From: Trichormus sp. ATA11-4-KO1
Lineage (GTDB): Bacteria; Cyanobacteriota; Cyanobacteriia; Cyanobacteriales; Nostocaceae
NCBI GenBank assembly: GCA_019358915.1
Contig: JAHHIM010000068.1
Coordinates: 1 to 12,106, forward strand
Length of the DNA: 12,106 bases
Reading direction: 5' to 3'
Shown here: positions 1 to 6,644 of the stretch, piece by piece
How the letters are laid out: every line of letters begins with the position of its first letter
Position numbering within the stretch: position 1 is the stretch's first letter
The notes under the pieces: generated by a model
What the model was told of the DNA's origin: nothing
Databases searched by the model: none
What the model saw: only the letters and a program-made list of their open reading frames with translations
Program-made: the position numbers and the translations under genes

Positions 1-126
1 CCATTGCAAATAATAATGAGTCTGTTTGCAATTAATGTGAGCCAACAATTTTCTTGTTTGCAATTAATGTGAGCCAACAATTTTCTTGTTTGCAAGCCGG
101 AGCGTTTATGTTTGCGAGCCGCAACA
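1..126. mobile_element. End of a TG...CA-type DDE transposon (Tn7/Tn5053/Mu/IS21-like), inserted in cas1; element continues left of the window
   Basis: Ends in ...GCCGCAACA at 126 (TGTTGCGGC on the minus strand). TGTTTGCRA recurs at 23, 55, 87 and 109, with a related TTGCAAATAAT at 4. Recognisable Cas1 sequence starts abruptly right after 126. Confidence 0.7.
23..95 (+). repeat. Perfect 32-bp tandem repeat, about 2.3 copies (TGTTTGCAATTAATGTGAGCCAACAATTTTCT)
   Basis: 23-54 is identical to 55-86, followed by a partial third copy TGTTTGCAA at 87-95. Confidence 0.95.
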
Positions 127-433
127 TCTAGCATTAGATTTGCTGGAAATATTTCGAGTGCCTTTGGTAGATATGACCGTGATGGCTTCAGTTAATCGGG
201 GTCAATGGGATATTAAAGCGGATTTTGAAATTCGGGGAGAGCAAGTATGGTTAAGTGAAATTGGTAAACGCAAGTTTGTTGAATTGTATGAGCGTCGCAA
301 ACAAGAAACTTGGAAACATCCAGTCACTGGTTATTCCCTTACTTATCGTCGTTTGTTTGAGTTAGAAGTACGGCTATTAGAAAAGGAATGGATGGGTGAG
401 GGTGGTTTGTTTGGTCACCTGGTACTACGATGA
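127..433 (+). pseudogene. cas1: Cas1 C-terminal fragment (type I-B Myxan-like), 5' part separated by the insertion
   Basis: LALDLLEIFRVPLVD...GKRKFVELYERRKQETWKHPVTGYSLTYRRLFELEVRLLEKEW is a typical Cas1 C-terminus and lies directly upstream of cas2. The first 14 codons of the tracked ORF (86-127) are not Cas1-like. Confidence 0.9.
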
Positions 434-442
434 GGTATAGCA

Positions 443-736
443 ATGGCAGAACATAAAAATTGTTACCTCATTTGTTATGACATTCGTGATCCAAAACGCT
501 GGCGTAAAGCTTACAACTTACTCCAAGGATATGGTGAAAGAATGCAATACTCAATTTTTCGGTCTTGGCTGACTATGCGATCGCGCGAAAAGTTACGCTG
601 GGAACTCGAAAAAATTTTAGCACCAGAAGATAGTCTACTTTTGATTCGTCTGTCTCATCAGTGCGTTGCTGGGATACCAGCCTATAACCGTCCAGGTGTT
701 TGGTCATCTCAAGACGAGGTATACCGGATTGTCTGA
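443..736 (+). CDS. cas2: CRISPR-associated endonuclease Cas2
   Basis: 97 aa with YLICYDIRDPKRWRK and GERMQYSIF Cas2 motifs; GAGG RBS upstream; located between cas1 and the array. Confidence 0.96.
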   Translation: MAEHKNCYLICYDIRDPKRWRKAYNLLQGYGERMQYSIFRSWLTMRSREKLRWELEKILAPEDSLLLIRLSHQCVAGIPAYNRPGVWSSQDEVYRIV

Positions 737-1017
737 TGCAAGGATGTCTGATTGTGAGGTTTTAATTTAAAAGAACACAAGCAAAAACTCTCATTAGGCT
801 TGCTGTACAAGATTTTTAGGTAAACTGGAGGTGCTTGCATTTTCTCATAATTATTTAAAAGCTAGACAATGCAAGGGTTTTTAAGATTGTCTGCTGTCCT
901 TCAGGATGATGTCATACAGTCTGAAGCAAAGAATTGGGCTATTTTGTTGCTTACTCCAACAAGGTACTTGTAATATCAGAACTGGGTGTGCCTCTGATAT
1001 GGGTTTCAAGAACCGTA
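737..1017 (+). promoter_or_regulatory. CRISPR leader
   Basis: AT-rich non-coding segment between cas2 and the first perfect repeat. The degenerate repeat is at the opposite end of the array. Contains AGGTRCTTGYA at 829 and 962. Confidence 0.8.
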
Positions 1018-3343
1018 CTGCCCAAACCATTGATGCCGTAAGGCGTTGAGCACGCTGAATAGCAAACTAGATAGATCCGATGCTGTCACCTGCCCAAACC
1101 ATTGATGCCGTAAGGCGTTGAGCACAAGGCATTGATGCCTTAATTGTCAAGACGGCACACTGCCCAAACCATTGATGCCGTAAGGCGTTGAGCACTCTGT
1201 GCAGAAGAATGTATTAGCAGATCACTGCTGCTGCCCAAACCATTGATGCCGTAAGGCGTTGAGCACGCAAATCACTTTTATTGATAGGGAAATGTATTTG
1301 CCTGCCCAAACCATTGATGCCGTAAGGCGTTGAGCACCTTAATAATTTAAACACAAAGTTTTAACCTTCTTTCCTGCCCAAACCATTGATGCCGTAAGGC
1401 GTTGAGCACATTTTATTGATTTGATGAAAGCAAACAAAGTCAAACCTGCCCAAACCATTGATGCCGTAAGGCGTTGAGCACATTCCTTGCTCCACTAGCC
1501 GGGACAGACCTAATGTCTGCCCAAACCATTGATGCCGTAAGGCGTTGAGCACCTACAAGGTATTGAGACTTATAACTTGGATGCCGGCTGCCCAAACCAT
1601 TGATGCCGTAAGGCGTTGAGCACATTTTATTGATTTGATGAAAGCAAACAAAGTCAAACCTGCCCAAACCATTGATGCCGTAAGGCGTTGAGCACATTCC
1701 TTGCTCCACTAGCCGGGACAGACCTAATGTCTGCCCAAACCATTGATGCCGTAAGGCGTTGAGCACCTACAAGGTATTGAGACTTATAACTTGGATGCCG
1801 GCTGCCCAAACCATTGATGCCGTAAGGCGTTGAGCACAAGAATGGTCGCAATGGAGCGATCGCGAAATCGCCCTGCCCAAACCATTGATGCCGTAAGGCG
1901 TTGAGCACGCGCAATTAAAACAAGCCCATGACAGTCATGAGCTTCTGCCCAAACCATTGATGCCGTAAGGCGTTGAGCACAAACCTGGAACCCAATTGTA
2001 GGATGTAGTCGTATATCCTGCCCAAACCATTGATGCCGTAAGGCGTTGAGCACAATGCCATGAATTGGCATGGTGGGAACAATGCACACTGCCCAAACCA
2101 TTGATGCCGTAAGGCGTTGAGCACGAAAGCGCTAAGGCATCTATGCCTAAGAGCTACGACTGCCCAAACCATTGATGCCGTAAGGCGTTGAGCACCTAAC
2201 AAGTCCTTGGGCAATACCAGCCTAGATATCTGCCCAAACCATTGATGCCGTAAGGCGTTGAGCACGTATTAGTGAGGGATGGCCAGAAAGTGAGCTTTAC
2301 AGGCCTGCCCAAACCATTGATGCCGTAAGGCGTTGAGCACGGGAGTTCCCGATTTCGTCGTTCCTTGTTACCCATTCTGCCCAAACCATTGATGCCGTAA
2401 GGCGTTGAGCACGTGCAGAAGTAAGAAAAGCCGCCGCAGATGCAGACGCTGCCCAAACCATTGATGCCGTAAGGCGTTGAGCACCCTTTGCCTGACAACA
2501 GTAGACCGGGAACAGTTAACTGCCCAAACCATTGATGCCGTAAGGCGTTGAGCACTGGCGAATTGTCTCCTTGCTGCAAAATATACTGTAACTGCCCAAA
2601 CCATTGATGCCGTAAGGCGTTGAGCACTTGTATGTCGGACGATAGAAACCCATGTTAGTCATATCTGCCCAAACCATTGATGCCGTAAGGCGTTGAGCAC
2701 TGGACTTCACTTAAATACTTGGCGATGGATTCTGCCTGCCCAAACCATTGATGCCGTAAGGCGTTGAGCACAATCGCCGATCGCAATTCTTGATAGCTAA
2801 TATTTCTACTGCCCAAACCATTGATGCCGTAAGGCGTTGAGCACAGTTAAACAGTGTAATATCCGATGTTTTTCTAAGACTGCCCAAACCATTGATGCCG
2901 TAAGGCGTTGAGCACAAGTGGAAGAAGTAGATATCATTGCGATCGCTAAACTGCCCAAACCATTGATGCCGTAAGGCGTTGAGCACATGGAGCTACTTGT
3001 GACATCTCTGCGATTGAAGAACTGCCCAAACCATTGATGCCGTAAGGCGTTGAGCACGACAAAGATTTATTGAAGGTTTTTTCGATATCTCTACTGCCCA
3101 AACCATTGATGCCGTAAGGCGTTGAGCACTATTTAGGACTGCAAACTTCTACTATTTCTAGGCTACTGCCCAAACCATTGATGCCGTAAGGCGTTGAGCA
3201 CAGCATGGCAGAATAGCGAGTTACGAACAAAGAGTTCTGCCCAAACCATTGATGCCGTAAGGCGTTGAGCACTTTATGTTCCCCATATCTGAAGAACTAG
3301 CGATTGACTGCCCAAACCATTGATGCCGTAAGGCGTTGACCAC
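1018..3343 (+). CRISPR. CRISPR array, 33 x 36-nt repeat CTGCCCAAACCATTGATGCCGTAAGGCGTTGAGCAC, 32 spacers of 34-39 nt (29 unique); type I-B-like
   Basis: Repeats read directly from 1018 to 3308. The last copy (3308-3343) has one substitution (TTGACCAC), which sets the orientation. Internal hairpin ATGCC-GTAA-GGCGT; predicted 8-nt handle TTGAGCAC. Subtype inferred from the repeat and Cas1/Cas2 style only. Confidence 0.99.
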
Positions 3344-3404
3344 CGATCGCCCTCATTCTAGGCAATAATCAATGTTGCTTACCGATAAAGTTATCTGTCC
3401 TCAC

Positions 3405-3438
3405 AGTAAGAAAATTTAGCACACGATTTCTTACTTTC
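3405..3438 (+). terminator. Possible terminator hairpin downstream of the array
   Basis: AGTAAGAAA (3405-3413) and TTTCTTACT (3427-3435) form a 9-bp inverted repeat; the stem is AT-rich and the T-tail short. Confidence 0.3.
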
Positions 3439-3554
3439 GTGGTTACAACCGAACCATCGCATATAGATTTAAGTGTCAGAGACCCCACACCATCGCATCT
3501 CACAGAAGAACGACAAATATATGAGTGCAGCGATCGCTTGGGTAAAATTCACAA

Positions 3555-3749
3555 TCAATCTTCTTGGGAAGCTTCAGCTTGTTCCTTAGCCACAGCCTCA
3601 GCAATAACCCGCCGCAACCACTCGGAACGGTTAGACTTGCTACGCACATAAGTATCTAAATCTTGTGGAAGCATTACGGAGATAGGTTTTGTATCATGCT
3701 TTACTCCTACTCCTTTCGGTTGGAAGCGAGTTTCATAATCTTTTCTCAT
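3555..3749 (-). CDS. Small ribbon-helix-helix (CopG/Arc-like) DNA-binding protein, putative repressor
   Basis: 64 aa. KPISVMLP (beta ribbon), QDLDTYVRS (helix) and NRSEWLRRVIAEAV (helix) fit the RHH pattern; it has its own sigma70-like promoter. Confidence 0.75.
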   Translation of the reverse strand: MRKDYETRFQPKGVGVKHDTKPISVMLPQDLDTYVRSKSNRSEWLRRVIAEAVAKEQAEASQED

Positions 3750-3775
3750 ATTTTTTAACTCATTCGTCTAACATT

Positions 3776-3804
3776 AATTTATCACACCCGCATATATGCG
3801 GCAA
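3776..3804 (-). promoter_or_regulatory. Putative sigma70-type promoter of the RHH gene overlapping operator CCGCATATATGCGG (3788-3801)
   Basis: Minus strand reads TTGCCG-17 nt-TAAATT with a TG extension; contains a perfect 14-bp palindrome. Confidence 0.55.
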
Positions 3805-3843
3805 TATATTAGTTATTTTTATCAAAAAATACACGTGAAAACC

Positions 3844-3875
3844 TTGTCAAATTCGCATATATGCGGGATTATGAT
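3844..3875 (+). promoter_or_regulatory. Putative sigma70-type promoter for ardA with operator CGCATATATGCG (3854-3865) in the spacer
   Basis: TTGTCA (3844-3849), 17 nt, GATTAT (3867-3872); an alternative -10 TATGAT lies at 3870-3875. Carries the second copy of the palindrome. Confidence 0.55.
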
Positions 3876-3981
3876 AACATAAGGAAATAGGAAAAGGAGA
3901 GCCAAAAAGACTCCCGGTAACGGAATCGAACCGAAGCGTGAAGTTTAAGATGTAGCGCCAATAACCTAAAACCTTAGACAG

Positions 3982-4024
3982 CAAAAAGAGCGCTGCTGAC
4001 GACCAATCTTAAGCGCTCTTTTTG
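3982..4024 (+). promoter_or_regulatory. 13-bp perfect inverted repeat (terminator/attenuator-like hairpin) in the ardA 5' region
   Basis: CAAAAAGAGCGCT (3982-3994) and AGCGCTCTTTTTG (4012-4024) with a 17-nt loop; ends 27 nt before the ATG. Confidence 0.6.
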
Positions 4025-4051
4025 AATCCAATACTACGAGGATTGTAACAC

Positions 4052-4804
4052 ATGAATTTGTTTTCTAACACCCTAATCTTCAAATCAGAACTAGAAGCCC
4101 AATTAGTTGCAGAACAGCTTTACAACTGCCACCTTGATGGTAATGTTTTAACCTTTCCCAGACATGAACAACGAGCAGTAGATTTAGCAATCAGTCTAGC
4201 TGGTGTTGACTTCCCACTAGTTGAAGGCGCTAGTTGCTTGCTACCTTTTCCCAGAGATGAGCGCGAATGTCAAGATGATGATGCACCACAGATTTATGTG
4301 GCTTGTCTGAGTGCCTATAATGCTGGTTTTTTACACGGTTTATGGATAGATTGCACACAAGAAGCAGACGAAATTCAAGAAGACATCGAATGGATGTTAT
4401 CTTGGTCGCCCTGTCGCAACTATGAAGCCTGTGAAGAATTCGCAATTCACGATTTTCAAAATTGGCATGGTATTCATCTTGACGAATACGAAAGCATAGA
4501 AAAACTCGCGGAACTTGCTCAAATATTATCAGAGCATGGTGAAGCTTACGCCGCTTATTATCAATATGACAGTACTGATGCTAGTGTAGAAAATTTTCAA
4601 GAGCATTACTGGGGAGAGTACGAAAGCGAGGAAGATTTTGTTTATGACCAACTAGAAGAACAGGGATTCATTCAAAAGCTAGAAGAGATGGGTGTTTCTA
4701 GCTCATACATCAACTGGGAAGCAATAGCCCGTGATTGGTTTATTGATTCCTACTATTCAGCAGAAGAAAGTTATCGTAAAGTCTACGTTTTTAGCCGTCA
4801 CTAA
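4052..4804 (+). CDS. ardA: Antirestriction protein ArdA (DNA mimic) with a ~78-aa N-terminal extension
   Basis: Motifs PQIYVACLSAYNAGFLHGLWID, EEFAIHDF, YWGEYESEEDF and SYINWEAIARD; highly acidic; GAGG RBS. Confidence 0.93.
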   Translation: MNLFSNTLIFKSELEAQLVAEQLYNCHLDGNVLTFPRHEQRAVDLAISLAGVDFPLVEGASCLLPFPRDERECQDDDAPQIYVACLSAYNAGFLHGLWIDCTQEADEIQEDIEWMLSWSPCRNYEACEEFAIHDFQNWHGIHLDEYESIEKLAELAQILSEHGEAYAAYYQYDSTDASVENFQEHYWGEYESEEDFVYDQLEEQGFIQKLEEMGVSSSYINWEAIARDWFIDSYYSAEESYRKVYVFSRH

Positions 4805-4809
4805 TCAGT

Positions 4810-4846
4810 AAAAAGCGGTGGAGTTGTACAACTCCACCGCTTTTTT
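4810..4846. terminator. Bidirectional intrinsic terminator; perfect 36-bp palindrome
   Basis: AAAAAGCGGTGGAGTTGT|ACAACTCCACCGCTTTTT (4810-4845) lies between the convergent ardA and par operon. Confidence 0.9.
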
Positions 4847-4887
4847 AATGGTGGAACTACCATAATTCCTAAAAGAAAATTTTTGGC

Positions 4888-5391
4888 TCACTGGCGCTTA
4901 CGGTTTTTAGAGCGTTCGTACTCCTTCAAAACCTGCTCAACTTGGTGAGGAAGAACCACAGTAGATTTATTCCAACGCAACAAATAACATCCCCCAGAAT
5001 CAGTTTTACAAGCGATTGTTGTAGGCCAGTTGAGTCCTCCCATCAGCCCCAGCACAGCAAATATCAAAATGGCACAAATGAAAAAGAAAATCCCAGACTT
5101 ACCTGAACCTATCCAACTACCAAACCAAAACACATTAGATTTAAATTGTTCAGAGCGTTGTTCCCGCAGCTTTTTTCGTTCTGATTGAGCTTCATTCCAT
5201 GCTTGCAGTGTTTCCAGCTTTTGATAAGCTAATTTCACAGCCTTAGCATCAGAGGTTTTTTCTACTTCGATGTCGAGGGTGCGTTTTTTGGCGGCGATTT
5301 CCTGTTCTAATCGGTATTCGTTCCATTCTCGGATACGTTGGGCGATAGCATCAGCTTCTCTGAAGAAGGCTCCAAGGGTTTCGTCTCCCAT
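4888..5391 (-). CDS. Hypothetical protein, N-terminal coiled coil plus a single transmembrane helix
   Basis: 167 aa; charged helical N-terminal half, then hydrophobic GIFFFICAILIFAVLGLMGG; last gene of the minus-strand cluster. Start codon uncertain because of an 85-nt overlap with the upstream ORF. Confidence 0.7.
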   Translation of the reverse strand: MGDETLGAFFREADAIAQRIREWNEYRLEQEIAAKKRTLDIEVEKTSDAKAVKLAYQKLETLQAWNEAQSERKKLREQRSEQFKSNVFWFGSWIGSGKSGIFFFICAILIFAVLGLMGGLNWPTTIACKTDSGGCYLLRWNKSTVVLPHQVEQVLKEYERSKNRKRQ

Positions 5392-6191
5392 GTCATGCCA
5401 GATAATTCTTGTCTCTGTTGCTTTTTTTGCTCAATTCGAGCCATAATTCGTTCTTCTAGTTGAGCAAACAGATTATTTTCAGAATCGCTTTGTTGCAACT
5501 TCAGCGCTACATTTTTTAAATAAAGTGATTGCACCAACTCTGGAACATCTTGAGCTTGAACCGCAGTAATTTTATCAACAAGACTAGATAAATCAACTCT
5601 TGCTGCTACAGCTTTTTCGCTAACACTCTCAATAACTGCCTCTAATTCAAGTTGTTCAGAGCTTTCATTTGTTTGTGGAACAGTTAAGTCAGCTATAACT
5701 TCTTCAAAAGATTTGTCTTGCTGTTTGATTGATTTACAAGTTTCCAGAAAGCGATCGCACTCATCTGAGCTATACTCATCTTGCTCAGATAGCCCACAGG
5801 CTTGGAGAATTATTAAAGCTTGAGAAAGTGTAAGTTTAAAGCCTTGGTCACGAGCAATAACTAGTAATTCAGTGACATCTATTGGAAATTGCGTTTTCTT
5901 GCGTGATTTTTTCCTGCCATTCTTAGGTTCTGTTCCTGATTGTGAATTTGATTCTGTACTAGATTCTGAAGAACTATTTTCTAAACTTTGTTGAAACAGC
6001 GTTGTCGCCTGCTGGTAATCAGAGGCTTGTCCACTAGTGAACAACTGGCGCACCACATCAAACCCAGACTCAATCTCTGCATCAGAATATTCCTGTGTGT
6101 CATGAGACAGTCCACAAGCTGTCAATGTTGCTAAGACATCCTCTAATGACAGAGAATACATATTCTGCAAAGCTTCTTTGGTGTAAGGCAT
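5307..6191 (-). CDS. Hypothetical protein with two internal repeats (L..CGLS....EYS..E...F) and a helical C-terminus
   Basis: 294-aa ORF, AAGGA RBS-like sequence upstream, 15 nt after the preceding gene. Confidence 0.8.
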   Translation of the reverse strand: MPYTKEALQNMYSLSLEDVLATLTACGLSHDTQEYSDAEIESGFDVVRQLFTSGQASDYQQATTLFQQSLENSSSESSTESNSQSGTEPKNGRKKSRKKTQFPIDVTELLVIARDQGFKLTLSQALIILQACGLSEQDEYSSDECDRFLETCKSIKQQDKSFEEVIADLTVPQTNESSEQLELEAVIESVSEKAVAARVDLSSLVDKITAVQAQDVPELVQSLYLKNVALKLQQSDSENNLFAQLEERIMARIEQKKQQRQELSGMTWETKPLEPSSEKLMLSPNVSENGTNTD

Positions 6192-6206
6192 ACTTAATTA
6201 ATCCTT

Positions 6207-6644
6207 CTAATCAAACATTTCTTCAAAAGTGTTGTCATCTTGATGATGAACAAACTCTAGGGAATTGAGTCTTTCTGCTTGACTCGAACTTTCATTGTTC
6301 ACACTAGATTCAGGTGAAATTAATACTGCCTGTTGTACTTTCTTTTTTGAGTTAGTGTTTGTGGGATGAATGAGAGAAAAATCTTCTAAAGCAAATGCTT
6401 CACACAAAAATGCTATGTGCAACTTCAACTTATAGATAGCAGTTTTAGCATAGTACTTTAATTCCGAATCAGAGTAGTTACCATCTGCTTTTAAAGCGAA
6501 AGGCAACCAGTAAGCAGACAAAGCAGGTATTACCTTGTCTTTTTCACTTAGATTTACTTTTTGTTTGAGAAACTTAATCAAGGCCACATTAATTAACTCT
6601 TGTTCTAAAGCAATGCGACAACGATACTCAACGCGATTATCCAT
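6207..6644 (-). CDS. Putative ParR-like adaptor of a ParMRC-type system
   Basis: Directly downstream of parM, with an ATG at 6644 overlapping the parM end (ATGGATAA); the tracked ORF extends to 6653. Compact N-terminal domain, low-complexity linker and terminal acidic/hydrophobic peptide DDNTFEEMFD. Function inferred from position. Confidence 0.6.
   Translation of the reverse strand: MDNRVEYRCRIALEQELINVALIKFLKQKVNLSEKDKVIPALSAYWLPFALKADGNYSDSELKYYAKTAIYKLKLHIAFLCEAFALEDFSLIHPTNTNSKKKVQQAVLISPESSVNNESSSQAERLNSLEFVHHQDDNTFEEMFD

Noticed and set aside
86..127. TTG start and N-terminus MFASRSVYVCEPQH of the 115-aa ORF
   Set aside because: It lies in the transposon end and is only a fortuitous in-frame extension of the cas1 fragment.
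1361..3057. Ten minus-strand ORFs with repeating MLNALRHQWFGQ / CSTPYGINGLG / AQRLTASMVWA
   Set aside because: These are translations of the CRISPR repeat in three frames, not genes.
2772..3165. Six consecutive spacers (25-30) end in A, three in CTA
   Set aside because: Small sample of AT-rich spacers, and the other spacers end in all four bases; no basis for extending the repeat or calling a bias.
1..3343. Calling the locus a CRISPR-associated transposon (CAST)
   Set aside because: The array and cas2 lie outside the transposon end, and no tns/tniQ or Cascade genes are in the window; it cannot be supported from this sequence.
3453..3498. Direct repeat ACCATCGCAT (3453, 3489), the first copy extending to an operator-like TCGCATATA
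   Set aside because: Only two short copies and no full palindrome; too little to call a site or mini-array.
3439..3651. 70-aa plus-strand ORF
   Set aside because: It overlaps the better-supported RHH gene on the opposite strand and has no recognisable motif.
3880..3990. tRNA gene suggested by GGTTCGATTCC on the minus strand
   Set aside because: The T-stem is only 3 bp, and I could not build acceptor, D or anticodon arms; kept only as a motif-level finding.
4230..4445. 71-aa minus-strand ORF
   Set aside because: Antisense shadow within ardA.
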